Numbered from the whole stretch's first letter, positions 28,841 through 38,805 are shown. The stretch is DNA of 63,366 bases, filler included, from 3 parts of 3 records of this genome joined end to end with filler, not necessarily neighbours in it; one strand, 5' to 3'. Numbers and translations are program-made. The notes: generated by a model not told the origin, from the letters alone.

Positions 28841-31489
28841 TTGAAGCAGTGCCCGTCCTGCAATAACTTGATCGAAGAAGCACTCGCTGTGTGTCCACAT
28901 TGTGGCCACGCTTTCGATAGTGAAGATACGTCCAAAAAAACGATGATGGGGATCCCTGGCGTCGACGCCAGCGCCCTTCGTTCCAAGAGCGAGAAGCAGC
29001 AAGCGAGCGCAGGTCGGAACACGATGTTCGGACTCCCTGCGCAGCGCGTTCAGCAGAACACTCCCGTACAGCAGCCCTCTCGCTCTGACCTCGACGACTA
29101 CGATGATGGCGCGACACAGGTCGTCGCTGGCGATCTCGCCTCCGCGTTCGATTTTGGCGGGGATGGCCCCTCGCTTCATATCGCTCAGGATCAGCAACGA
29201 GGAGAGGAAGTCCGCACGACCTCTCCTGGCGGGCTCCCCTCGATCAAGTCCGCGCAGCAACAGCAGGACAAAACCCCCATGCCGCCGCGCGCGCCGGACC
29301 CCTGGGGGCTCGGGGAAGAATCGAGCAGCGAGGGGAACGACGCGACCGTCGTCGCCAGCGCCAACCTCTTCGATGGCACCGCCGAGCCCGATCCTCGCGA
29401 GCAGTCTGGATTCTCTCAATTCCGTGGCCCTGTCCACTCGGCGCCCAGAAAGCACGAGACGTTGATGGGGATGAACCTCGACGAGCTTACCGGCTCGGCG
29501 AGGCAAACGATGTTCTCGATGCCATCGCCGATGGGGGATGGTCTGAGCGAGGCGAGCGAGGAAGAAGAAGTCGACGCGCCGACGCAGGCGATGAGCGGGG
29601 CGGTCGCCAACGCCTTCCTCGAACAAGCCGAGGATGACAAGGCAAAGGAAGAGGATAACCGCCGCCGACTCCTCCAGAAACTTCGCAGCAACTCCAAGTC
29701 CTCAGAAGAGAAGAGCGAAGAGAGCGGCAGCGAAGAGGCCGTGCGCTCGACCATGTTCGGGATCCCGAGCATCGACCTCGACGCGCACTCCGAGCCCACA
29801 GCAGCTCACTCCGACGTCGATGAGGTCGAAGACGCTGATGATGTCGACTCGCGCATGACGCCTAACACCGGCGTCCTCAAGGTGCGAAAGCGTAAGTCCA
29901 ATATTTCATCGGAGGGTCGCCCTCCATCCGGCTCGACCGGGGTGCTCGGCGGGTCTTCCTACCTCGTCAACAAGGACGGGATGTCCGACAACCGCGTCGA
30001 GACGGCGGATGCTCCAAAAGAGCGCAAGATCCCGAACCTGCGCCTCGATGTCCCCAAAACCTCCGAGCCTGAAGATCTCGAAGAGGGCATCGCGCCTGCC
30101 TCTGTGACTGGCCAGAGCCACGACAACGGGGATGATGGCTTCGAGCGCACGCGCGTCGCCAGCGGCGAGCTCGCGCAAGCGCAGCTCGCCAAGATGCAAT
30201 CGTTTGGCAGCAAGCCCGCGCCTTCGCAGGACAAAGACGCGAGCACGCAAATCGCCGACGCCTCGCTCGCCGCATCGCTGCAACATTCCAGCATGCTCGA
30301 CGAGTCGCCAGGGCAACCTCGACCGCCAGAACAACATATCGACGCCACGCGTGAGCAGAACCTGAGCGATCTGCGCGCGAAGCTGCGCGATTCGATCGCC
30401 AGCAAGGACGATACATCGGCGCCAACCACGGTGGCATCTGCTCAATCGATCGCCGATGCTGGAGGGTTCGATGCCGACGCGACGCGCCAGCAAAACATCG
30501 ATGACCTTCGCTCCAAGCTCGGCTCTGGTTTGTTTAGCAAACCAGGTGAAGATGCAGGCGCAGGAGGGGCAGGAGCAGGAGGCGCGCGCTTCTCGATCCC
30601 GTCCGCGTTCGGCGCTGGTAACAACCCGCAGACGGATCACGAAGAGACCGTCGAGAAGGCCCCCGCGGTCAAGGCGCCGCTGCCTCAACAGCCAACGCCT
30701 TCGCCTTCTCCTTCTTCTGCGTCTCCTGTCGCGGATGTCGAGCCGATGCCGATCGATATCGTCGAGCCGCTCGATCCATTCGATGCTCCCGAGTCAGCGC
30801 CTCCCACGCCGCAAGATCCTCCCGCGGCGGATCCTGCGCTCAGCGCGCAGTTGTTCGGTGAAGAAGAGCCACAACCCGAGACTTATGGGCAGGACCCTTT
30901 CTCTCAGTCAGGTCAATACGGCAACCAGCCAGAGCCTGTGCATACGCCCATGCTCCAACCCGAGCCAGTGTTCCAGGCAGATCAGATCCAGCCCGAGCCA
31001 CACTTCGAGCCTGGCTTCCAGCAGCCTCAGCAGCATCCTCAAACACCCCAACAACCCGCCACGGGTCAGGGGCAGCAGATGCAAGGACAGGCTCAGCAAC
31101 AAGCCGCGCCTCCAAAGGACAAGAGCAAGGGCTCTCCAGGGCGCGTCTTCCAGATGGTCTTTGGCGTCCTCGCGCTTCTTGCCTTCGGTGGCGCGACCGC
31201 GGTCGGCTTCTCCGCTGCTGGCGGAGTCCCCGAAGATCCGATGGAGATGGCGGTGGTGTTTGGCCCCGCGGGCCTCGCGCTGTTCGCGTTGATCGGTTGC
31301 GTGATCCCGAGCGCAGGAGCGCGCGCTGGGCTCCTGGTCCTCACGGGCCTGCTCGGTATCGGCATCTTCGCGCTCGGCCTTACGATGGGCGCCGCCGAAG
31401 GCGTCCTGGGGCTCGTGATTCTCCTCGTCGCGGTGTTGCTTTGCTTCGCCGCCGCTGTCTTCCCTGCCATCGCCAAGGCTATCTCCTGA
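28841..31489 (+). CDS. Zinc-ribbon, low-complexity, C-terminally membrane-anchored protein
   Basis: TTG after GGAGG; CPSC...CPHC; repeated TMxG motifs; P/Q-rich linker; about 4 C-terminal TM helices. Confidence 0.8.
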   Translation: MKQCPSCNNLIEEALAVCPHCGHAFDSEDTSKKTMMGIPGVDASALRSKSEKQQASAGRNTMFGLPAQRVQQNTPVQQPSRSDLDDYDDGATQVVAGDLASAFDFGGDGPSLHIAQDQQRGEEVRTTSPGGLPSIKSAQQQQDKTPMPPRAPDPWGLGEESSSEGNDATVVASANLFDGTAEPDPREQSGFSQFRGPVHSAPRKHETLMGMNLDELTGSARQTMFSMPSPMGDGLSEASEEEEVDAPTQAMSGAVANAFLEQAEDDKAKEEDNRRRLLQKLRSNSKSSEEKSEESGSEEAVRSTMFGIPSIDLDAHSEPTAAHSDVDEVEDADDVDSRMTPNTGVLKVRKRKSNISSEGRPPSGSTGVLGGSSYLVNKDGMSDNRVETADAPKERKIPNLRLDVPKTSEPEDLEEGIAPASVTGQSHDNGDDGFERTRVASGELAQAQLAKMQSFGSKPAPSQDKDASTQIADASLAASLQHSSMLDESPGQPRPPEQHIDATREQNLSDLRAKLRDSIASKDDTSAPTTVASAQSIADAGGFDADATRQQNIDDLRSKLGSGLFSKPGEDAGAGGAGAGGARFSIPSAFGAGNNPQTDHEETVEKAPAVKAPLPQQPTPSPSPSSASPVADVEPMPIDIVEPLDPFDAPESAPPTPQDPPAADPALSAQLFGEEEPQPETYGQDPFSQSGQYGNQPEPVHTPMLQPEPVFQADQIQPEPHFEPGFQQPQQHPQTPQQPATGQGQQMQGQAQQQAAPPKDKSKGSPGRVFQMVFGVLALLAFGGATAVGFSAAGGVPEDPMEMAVVFGPAGLALFALIGCVIPSAGARAGLLVLTGLLGIGIFALGLTMGAAEGVLGLVILLVAVLLCFAAAVFPAIAKAIS

Positions 31490-31628
31490 CCTCTTCTTGC
31501 CTTCAGGCGGTAAAGGCTGACAGCAAACGCGCGTGATGAATCGCCTGACGATTCATCACGCGCGTTTGCTGTCAGGTTCCGCCTCGGGACACCTTCTTGC
31601 AAACCCGCGTGATGTTCTGGAGGTTCGT

Positions 31629-32825
31629 TTGCCTATCCTCGTTCAAAAGTTTGGTGGGTCCTCTGTGGCGGACCTCGATCGTCTGCGCAAGGTCGCACGT
31701 CGCATCGTCGAAACCCGGAGAGCAGGTTACGACCTCGTGGTCGTCGTCTCTGCGATGGGTGACACGACCGACGAGTTGTTGGCGATGGCCAGGGAGCTCG
31801 CGCCGTCCCCTTCACGGCGTGAGCTCGATATGCTGCTCTCTGTCGGGGAGCGCATTTCGATGACCCTGCTCTCGATGGCCATCCACCAGGAGGGCTTCGA
31901 GGCGATCAGTCTCACCGGGTCGCAATGCGGCATCATCACGACCTCGAGTCACTCCAACGCGCGCATCATCGACGTGCGCCCCTTCCGCGTGCAGGATGAG
32001 CTCGCCGAGGGGAGGATCGTGATCGTGGCAGGCTATCAGGGGACGAGCTACAAGCGCGAGGTCACCACGCTGGGGCGCGGAGGGAGTGATACCACCGCGG
32101 TCGCGCTCGCTGCGGCGCTCGGCGCCGAGGCGTGCGAGATTTACAGCGATGTGGATGGCGTCTTTAGCGCCGATCCTCGCGTCGTCCTCGATGCTCAGAA
32201 GCTCGAGTCACTCGGTCACGAGGAGATGCTCGAGATGGCGCGCGCTGGCGCGAAGGTGCTCAACGAGCAAGCCGTGGAGTTCGCGCGCCGCGCCAAGATC
32301 GCTCTCTACGCCAGGAGCACCCACGAACCTCGCTCCAGGGGAACAGTCATCCGGCCCGATGGTTTCGAGCAACGCGCCGCCCTCGCCGAGCGAGGACGGC
32401 CAGCCGTCGCGGTGAGCCATATCGAACGGGGGCTCTGGATCAGGGCGGCGCAGAGCGCTGATGCGGCCTTCGCGCTGCTCGATGATGTCGATATGGTCGT
32501 CACCGAGTGGCTCCCCGGATCGCGTCTGGCGGCGTTTCTTAACGTCGAAAACCTCCCGGAGCACGAGGTGCTCGTGGAATCACTCGAGGCGCTGGGGGAT
32601 GATGTGCGCTGCGATTGGAGAGGTTGCGTGAGCGTCGTGGGGCAGGGAATCGGCGGCGTCGCGCGTTGGGTCAGGCTCGCCAGCGAGAAGCTCGTGAGTC
32701 AGGAGCCCGAGATGATTTCGATCCACCCCGCGCGCCTCTCCTTCGTGTTGCCGAGCGAGGCGACAAGGGAGAGCGCGAAGCTCTTGCACGATGCCTTGAT
32801 CACGAAGCTCGAAGAGAGCAGCTAA
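31629..32825 (+). CDS. lysC: Aspartate kinase
   Basis: [45 protein letters not shown] start after GGAGG. Confidence 0.95.
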   Translation: MPILVQKFGGSSVADLDRLRKVARRIVETRRAGYDLVVVVSAMGDTTDELLAMARELAPSPSRRELDMLLSVGERISMTLLSMAIHQEGFEAISLTGSQCGIITTSSHSNARIIDVRPFRVQDELAEGRIVIVAGYQGTSYKREVTTLGRGGSDTTAVALAAALGAEACEIYSDVDGVFSADPRVVLDAQKLESLGHEEMLEMARAGAKVLNEQAVEFARRAKIALYARSTHEPRSRGTVIRPDGFEQRAALAERGRPAVAVSHIERGLWIRAAQSADAAFALLDDVDMVVTEWLPGSRLAAFLNVENLPEHEVLVESLEALGDDVRCDWRGCVSVVGQGIGGVARWVRLASEKLVSQEPEMISIHPARLSFVLPSEATRESAKLLHDALITKLEESS

Positions 32826-32828
32826 CGC

Positions 32829-33470
32829 TCAGAGCCATCCCTTCAGCGGATCGAGCAACAACGCGGACCACGTCTCGAGCTTTTCCTCGCTTGCCTCCAG
32901 GACAAGCTCATCGAGTTTGCTCCAGCTCCCCTCGAGCTTCTCCGTCTCGCGTACCGAGACCTCGACGCTCTCCGCGATGTTCAGGTGGTATACGATGCCG
33001 AGGTGGACTTGCCCGACCTCGTTGGTGTCGTCGTTGATCAGACCTCGGTAGAAGATCTCGTGGGTCGCGGGTCGAGAGGAGAGCGCGAGCTCCTCCTCGA
33101 GTTCCCGCATCATCCCAGCGGTGATCTCATCGAAGGCGCTCGCTCGCCGAGGCGCGCCATCCTCGGCGCAGAGGTGCCCTCCCACACCGATCGATCTCTT
33201 GTCGTGAAGCCTCGCTTCACGCGAGGCGCGCTTTCGCCGCATCGTGAAGATATCCTCTCCGCGCGTGACGACGACGTAGGGGATAAGCTGCTTGCGTGAT
33301 GGGTCCTCTTCGAGCGGGCCTCGTTTGGCGTAGTCGAGGTTCGCGAGCAGGAAGGTAAGCTCGTCCTCACCATCGAGCATTCGCTTGGGTGAGAACCCGT
33401 GTGAGAGCAGCCCGTGGGATTCGAGCACCTCGCGTGACACAAAACCGATGATCTCGTCGTATTTGGACAT
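32829..33470 (-). CDS. NUDIX-family phosphoesterase (YmaB/COG4112-like)
   Basis: EEDPSRKQLIPY, RLHDKRSIGVGGH, RELEEEL, GLINDD.NEVGQVHLG. Confidence 0.85.
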   Translation of the reverse strand: MSKYDEIIGFVSREVLESHGLLSHGFSPKRMLDGEDELTFLLANLDYAKRGPLEEDPSRKQLIPYVVVTRGEDIFTMRRKRASREARLHDKRSIGVGGHLCAEDGAPRRASAFDEITAGMMRELEEELALSSRPATHEIFYRGLINDDTNEVGQVHLGIVYHLNIAESVEVSVRETEKLEGSWSKLDELVLEASEEKLETWSALLLDPLKGWL

Positions 33471-33589
33471 CGTCGCCTCTTCTTGCTTTAAGGGAGGGGG
33501 CGGATTTGCGAGGGGGCAACGTGACACGAATCGAGAAGGCCCGGTAGTCGAAATCAGAAGATCGGCTCGGGTCGAGCGCGTGAGGAAGG

Positions 33590-33790
33590 CAAGAAACTGA
33601 AACGGCAGGCTCCCTGGAGAGCCTGCCGTTTCAGTTTTGGTCGCGTCCCTTCGTGTGCGAAGTAAGTCGGAGGGATTTGGGATAGGATTTCCAGGAGGGA
33701 AACCAGGTAGGTAGTTGGGGAGGGAACTAAGAAGTGATTCAACCTACCTCACACACGAAAGAACACGACCGCTGTGTCCGTCTGTTGATG
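33590..33790 (-). ncRNA. Candidate small RNA with long closing stem and three UCCCUCC motifs
   Basis: Upstream TTGACC-N16-TAATAT; 33743-33769 pairs with 33640-33666 over 27 bp only on the minus strand (G-U pairs); terminator at 33594-33637. Confidence 0.7.
33594..33638. terminator. Intrinsic terminator hairpin, potentially bidirectional
   Basis: Perfect 19-bp stem AAACTGAAACGGCAGGCTC / GAGCCTGCCGTTTCAGTTT with 6-nt loop. Confidence 0.85.
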
Positions 33791-33792
33791 TA

Positions 33793-33820
33793 ATATTACG
33801 GTATTTGTGTAAAAGGTCAA
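33793..33820 (-). promoter_or_regulatory. Sigma70-like promoter driving the candidate sRNA
   Basis: Minus strand TTGACC-N16-TAATAT, with an AT-rich UP-like tract at about 33830-33860. Confidence 0.6.
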
Positions 33821-33960
33821 CTCCACTGTAACGATTTTTTCAATTTTATTGGAAAAAATGTTCTTCAGTAGAAGTGAGATGCCTGAAACACCTGCAAAGA
33901 TGCTTGAGAAATCAACGTTTTACCCAAAGAGTGCTGCTACAAGTGTAAAATTACACCAGA

Positions 33961-35367
33961 TCAGTCCCTCTTCTCAAGTAATATCCGAAGATTTTGTGCA
34001 TCCGTGTTGGATCGGACCTCGAAGAGGAGGTCTCGATAGCCGGGTTTGGTGACCCTGAGACGCAGCGTTTCCTCGCCAGCCAGCGAGGGATCAAGGGGGA
34101 AGGGGGTTTCGCCGAGCGGCTCATCACCCTCGGGGGTCACGCGCATCAGCTTGGCTTTACCGGGGTTGCTCTCGAGCATGATCGGGTTGTTGTCGATCTT
34201 GACGGTCGCGGTGGTCGAGGTGGCGGTGGTCGTGTTCGTGGAGGTCGCGTTGTTCGTATCTGGCGTCGAAGGTGTGAGCGCGTACATCGCCCAGGCGACG
34301 TTGGTCAGCAGCGCGAACAGGAGCGCGCCGCCGGTGAGCGCGCTCCGGCGGTCAGGTTTCGGGAGGGCATCTTCAGCGGCGAGCTCCTGTCGCCTCGGTG
34401 TCCTGGCCTCGGCGGGAGATGATGGCGGCGATGAGGATGTCGCGGTGTTTGCCTGGCTCTTCGGAGGCTCCTCGAGCAGATCGAGCCCCACGGCGCGCTT
34501 GAGGGCAGCGGCGAAAGCGCGCGCGCTCGTCCAGCGCGCTTCGGGAGAGGTGGCGAGCGCGCGATGCACGATCTCGCTGATCTCCTCGTCGATGCCAAGC
34601 TCGGTGAGCGCGCGCGGATCTTGCTGCAGCTGGATCATCCCCGCGGAAGGATCCTCTTCATCCTGGAAGAAGGGGTGGAATCCAACCAGGCAGGTGTACG
34701 CCAGCGCGCCGAGCGCGTAGACATCTCCCGCGCGCGAGAACGTCGGCTCGCTCACGTTCGCGTCGGCGGCGATGCGCGCGTCGGCGTCCGCGAAGACCTC
34801 TGGAGGGAGCGGCGAGAGGGATGGCGGTGAGAGCGTGGGCGTGGAGAGCGATCGCTGCTCGACGATATCGAGGCCGAGCTCGAAGTGTCCCAACCTGGCG
34901 AGGTTCGGGTCATCCTCGGGGAGGAAGACCCAACCTGGCGCGATGCTCCCGTGGTAGCGCTCCTGGCGATGGAGTGGCCCGAGCAGGTTCGCGATGCGCT
35001 CGATCAATTGCGCGCACTCTTCCGGCGAGAGCGTGCCGTCTCGATCGAGGATCTGTTGCAGGGAGTTCCCCTCGCAACGCTCCGTGATGACAAACGGGAC
35101 CCCCTCCTCGAGCTCGCCATAATCGATCGCAGAGAGCAGCGCCGCGTTGTCGAGCTGGCTCGTGCTCTGCGCCGAGCGCCGCAGGCGCTCGGTGATCGCG
35201 AGTTGGATGTGGCGAGGCGCGTCGAGCTCGAAGATATGGATCCAGACCTTCTTGTCGAACGGATCGCGGTGACCTTCGTAGATGTATTCGTGGCCGATGC
35301 GTCGAAATATGGCGCCCACCTCGTAACGGTGTTCGAGCGCGATCAGACCTCCCTCCAAATTCTCCAT
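33961..35367 (-). CDS. Membrane-anchored Hanks-type kinase-like protein (pseudokinase) with C-terminal PEGA-like domain
   Basis: Kinase scaffold (DYG...PFVITE, PPE, DVYALG..Y..L.G..PF, P..R) with catalytic motifs replaced; one TM; ESNPGKA...LGETP...KPGY. Confidence 0.85.
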   Translation of the reverse strand: MENLEGGLIALEHRYEVGAIFRRIGHEYIYEGHRDPFDKKVWIHIFELDAPRHIQLAITERLRRSAQSTSQLDNAALLSAIDYGELEEGVPFVITERCEGNSLQQILDRDGTLSPEECAQLIERIANLLGPLHRQERYHGSIAPGWVFLPEDDPNLARLGHFELGLDIVEQRSLSTPTLSPPSLSPLPPEVFADADARIAADANVSEPTFSRAGDVYALGALAYTCLVGFHPFFQDEEDPSAGMIQLQQDPRALTELGIDEEISEIVHRALATSPEARWTSARAFAAALKRAVGLDLLEEPPKSQANTATSSSPPSSPAEARTPRRQELAAEDALPKPDRRSALTGGALLFALLTNVAWAMYALTPSTPDTNNATSTNTTTATSTTATVKIDNNPIMLESNPGKAKLMRVTPEGDEPLGETPFPLDPSLAGEETLRLRVTKPGYRDLLFEVRSNTDAQNLRILLEKRD

Positions 35368-35412
35368 GCCCTGCTGCCTCCCTGGCGTGTCCTTGCTTGG
35401 CGTGCGTTCGTT

Positions 35413-37146
35413 TCAGTGTTTTCCTGGCGCAGCGGGGCGCCCATCCTTGCGCGGGTCCGAGACGGCTTCCCACCCTTGCTCGGTTTTTACCACGACCTGA
35501 ATGCTGTTGTAGGCGCCTCTGACATCGACCTTGTGTCCAGCCGATTCGAGCCCTTCCTTGACCTCTTCACCGCCCGGCTCGAGGTAGAGCTTGTGAGGCA
35601 TCCATTGATGGTGGAAGCGGGGGTATGAGACGGCCTGTGTGGGCGTCATCCCGAAGTCGATCACGCGCAGCAGCGCGAGCAATGTGCCGGTGATGATCGT
35701 CGGCCCGCCGCTTCCTCCTGCGACCATGAAGGGCTCCCCCTTCTTGAGCACGAGCGTGGGGCTCATCGAGCTCAGCGGGCGCTTGCCCGGCGCGATCGCG
35801 TTTTGCTCGTTGCCGATCAACCCATAGGCGTTCGGGACGCCTGGTTGCGCGCTGAAGTCATCCATCTCGTTGTTCAGGATCAAGCCCCACTCGGGGACGT
35901 AGACCATCGAGCCAAAGCTCGTGTTCACCGTCGAGGTGCACGCGAGCATGTTGCCCTGGGTATCGAGGATGCTGACGTGAGTGGTGCCCGAGTCATCCTT
36001 TGGCGGCTTGCTCGTGCCGTAGGATTTGAGCCCCTTGGTTTTGTTTGTGTCGACCTTGGCGCGCAACTTGTCGGCGTATGCGCGCGAGGTGAGGCGCTCG
36101 ACGGGGACTTTGACAAAGTCCCCGTCTCCGAGCCAGGTCGCGCGATCTGCGAAGGCGTGCTTGAGCGCCTCGACGATCAGGTGCACCGCTGGCGCGGTGT
36201 AGCCCATGCTCGCCAGATCAAACCCTTCCAGAATATTGAGCACCTCGATGATCACGATCCCCCCGGAGGAGGGCGTGGGCATCGCGTAGACGGTGTAATC
36301 CTTGCGGTAGGTGCTCTGGAGCGGCTCGCGCCAGGTGACCTTGTAGCTGGCGAGATCCTTTGTGGTCAGGATTCCGCCAGATCGTTTCACCGCCGCGGCG
36401 ATCGCTTCTGCGACGGGCCCCTTGTAGTAACCGTCGGGGCCTTCGTCTCGAAGTTTGGCGAGCGTGCGCGCGAGATCCTCGCGCACGAGCAGCTGCCTCG
36501 GCTTTACCCATCCCTCTCCATCGCCAAACGCCTGCACGAAGTCTGGCAGCACGCGCAGCTTATCCTCCTTGCTCGCCAACCTCTTGGGGAGCAAGTCGCC
36601 GACGAAGAAGCCGCGCTTTGCCACATCATGAGCGGGCTGGACGACCTCTCTCCATGGGAGCGCGCCGTACTTCTCGTGCAGCGCGTAGAGCCCCGCAGGT
36701 TCTCCCGGGATGCCCACCGCGAGGCCGCCGTAACGGCTCAGGCTCGAGTCGGCCTTTCCCTTGACGATGTACATGTCACGCGATGCCTTTGCGGGCGCCC
36801 ACTCGCGAAAGTCGAGCGCCTCGACCTTCTCGCTCGCTGCGTCACGATAGACACAGAAACCACCCCCTCCGAGCCCGGAGGCGAAGGGGTTGATCACCCC
36901 GAGGGTGAGCAACGTCGCCACTCCGGCGTCTGCAGCGCTCCCTCCACGCTCGAGAACACCCGCTCCGACCGCGCTCGCGAGGGGGTGATCCGCCGCCACG
37001 GCTCCGTTTTGTGACAATACCGTGACGTTTGGTGCCTGAGGTGCTGACTTGTCTTGTGCGATCAGGGTAGAAGGTGCGTGCAGAAGTGAGAGGAGCACTG
37101 CGCAAGTGCTTGAAATTCGCTTGAGATTGTACGGAAGGGAGCGCAT
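35413..37146 (-). CDS. ggt: Gamma-glutamyltransferase; start uncertain (37146-37173)
   Basis: ASGLGGGGF, DFRE.AP, catalytic TTHVS, LNNEMDDF, PGKRPLSSMSP, SDPR. Confidence 0.96.
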   Translation of the reverse strand: MRSLPYNLKRISSTCAVLLSLLHAPSTLIAQDKSAPQAPNVTVLSQNGAVAADHPLASAVGAGVLERGGSAADAGVATLLTLGVINPFASGLGGGGFCVYRDAASEKVEALDFREWAPAKASRDMYIVKGKADSSLSRYGGLAVGIPGEPAGLYALHEKYGALPWREVVQPAHDVAKRGFFVGDLLPKRLASKEDKLRVLPDFVQAFGDGEGWVKPRQLLVREDLARTLAKLRDEGPDGYYKGPVAEAIAAAVKRSGGILTTKDLASYKVTWREPLQSTYRKDYTVYAMPTPSSGGIVIIEVLNILEGFDLASMGYTAPAVHLIVEALKHAFADRATWLGDGDFVKVPVERLTSRAYADKLRAKVDTNKTKGLKSYGTSKPPKDDSGTTHVSILDTQGNMLACTSTVNTSFGSMVYVPEWGLILNNEMDDFSAQPGVPNAYGLIGNEQNAIAPGKRPLSSMSPTLVLKKGEPFMVAGGSGGPTIITGTLLALLRVIDFGMTPTQAVSYPRFHHQWMPHKLYLEPGGEEVKEGLESAGHKVDVRGAYNSIQVVVKTEQGWEAVSDPRKDGRPAAPGKH

Positions 37147-37450
37147 GGCAAAGGTGCTCCTTGGCAAGAGCATGATGTTGGTTTGATTCGATCTGACGTT
37201 GACCCCCTCGCGACGAGAGAAAGAAGGAGAGGGGAGCGCCGAGCAAACATAGCGCACAGGACAGCAGCATATAAGGGAAAAGGCGCGAGGGTTCGAACCT
37301 CGCCAGTGTCGAGGAAGCGACTTCCCACAGCATCCTGAAACCTTGCGCTACAGAATCTTGGCGATCGGGTCAAGCAACACATCCTAAGGTCATGATGAGA
37401 ACACGAGCCCCTCTTTCTGTAGACATCCGATCATATCCTCGCAGCCCAGG

Positions 37451-38803
37451 TTGTACACCGTGGTAGCAATCTTCTGGATCGCACTCGTTTTTGGTTTCTA
37501 CATGGCATGGAGCATCGGCGCCAACGACGCCGCCAACGCCATGGGGACCAGCGTCGGATCGAAAGCCGTCTCTTTTAAAGAGGCCGTGATCATCGCCGCC
37601 ATCTTCGAATTCTCGGGCGCGTTCCTCGCTGGCGCCGGTGTCACTGACACCATGCGCAAGGGGATCATCGACCCGATGCTCTTTAACAGCATGGAGTTCG
37701 GCGGCGAGATCTTCGCGCTCGGGATGCTCGCCGCGCTGATGTCAGCCGCGGTCTGGATTCACGTCGCCGCGTTTCTTGGCTGGCCCGTCTCGACCACACA
37801 CTCCATCGTCGGCGCCATCACTGGCTTCGGGATCGTCTCCCTCGGCTGGGACGCGATCCAGTGGGGTAAGCTAGGGTTTATCGCCGCGAGCTGGGTCACG
37901 AGCCCGCTCTTTGGCGGCATCCTCTCGTTCATCGTGTTCACCGCGGTCAGAAAGCTCATCCTGGACACTGGCGATCCGGTAAAGGCCGCCAAGAGATGGT
38001 CTCCGGTGTTTGCCTTCCCGGTCTTCCTGGTGCTCTCGCTGGTCCTCTTCTTCAAGGGGCTCAAGAACCTCTATGACAAGAAGCTCGAAGTGTTCGTCCT
38101 CTTCAAGGACGCCGCCGGTAACCCGAGCGTCTCGCTCGATAACACCGAGGCGATGATCGCCGCGATCGCTGTTGGCCTCATCGCCGCCATCCTCATGGGC
38201 GTGCTCGTCTCGCGCATGGAGCTCGCCGATGGCTCCAAGCAGGACACCGCCGAGGAGCGACGCTCGGTCGCCACCTCGAGCGTCGAGAAGATCTTCCGCT
38301 GGCTCCAGGTCATCACCGCTTGCTTCGTCGCCTTCGCGCACGGCTCCAACGATGTCGCCAACTCCATCGGACCGCTCGCCGCCATCGTCGGCCTGTTCGA
38401 CCTCGAGAAGATGGCCTTCATCGGCGAAGTCCAGGCCAAGGTGCCCGTGCTCAACTGGGTGTTGTTGCTCGGCGGCGTCGGCATCGTGATCGGCCTGGCG
38501 AGCTACGGCTGGCGCGTCATCGAGACCGTCGGCACGAAGATCACCGAGATCACGCCGAGCCGCGGATTCGCCGCAGAGTTTGGCGCGGCCTCGACGATCC
38601 TGCTCGGCTCACAGCTCGGCGTGCCGCTCTCGACCACGCACACCATCGTCGGCGCGGTCATCGGCGTGGGCTTCGCGCGCGGCGTGAACGCGCTCAACCT
38701 CAAGATCATCTGGAGCATCGTGAAGTCCTGGATCCTGACGATCCCATTCACGGCCATCCTGACGATCCTCGTCTTCTTCGTCCTGCGCGCGATCTTCATC
38801 TGA
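37451..38803 (+). CDS. PiT family inorganic phosphate transporter
   Basis: GANDAANAMGT, PVSTTHSIVG, HGSNDVAN, PLSTTHT. Confidence 0.96.
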   Translation: MYTVVAIFWIALVFGFYMAWSIGANDAANAMGTSVGSKAVSFKEAVIIAAIFEFSGAFLAGAGVTDTMRKGIIDPMLFNSMEFGGEIFALGMLAALMSAAVWIHVAAFLGWPVSTTHSIVGAITGFGIVSLGWDAIQWGKLGFIAASWVTSPLFGGILSFIVFTAVRKLILDTGDPVKAAKRWSPVFAFPVFLVLSLVLFFKGLKNLYDKKLEVFVLFKDAAGNPSVSLDNTEAMIAAIAVGLIAAILMGVLVSRMELADGSKQDTAEERRSVATSSVEKIFRWLQVITACFVAFAHGSNDVANSIGPLAAIVGLFDLEKMAFIGEVQAKVPVLNWVLLLGGVGIVIGLASYGWRVIETVGTKITEITPSRGFAAEFGAASTILLGSQLGVPLSTTHTIVGAVIGVGFARGVNALNLKIIWSIVKSWILTIPFTAILTILVFFVLRAIFI

Positions 38804-38805
38804 TA

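Noticed and set aside
33669-33725. GGAGGGA triplet as a plus-strand CsrA sponge or CRISPR-like repeat
   Set aside because: G-U pairing and promoter orientation favour the minus strand; 7-nt repeats are too short for CRISPR and no cas genes are present
33554-33742. 62-aa minus-strand ORF in the sRNA region
   Set aside because: TTG start with poorly spaced SD, atypical codons, and it runs through the terminator; RNA structure explains the region better
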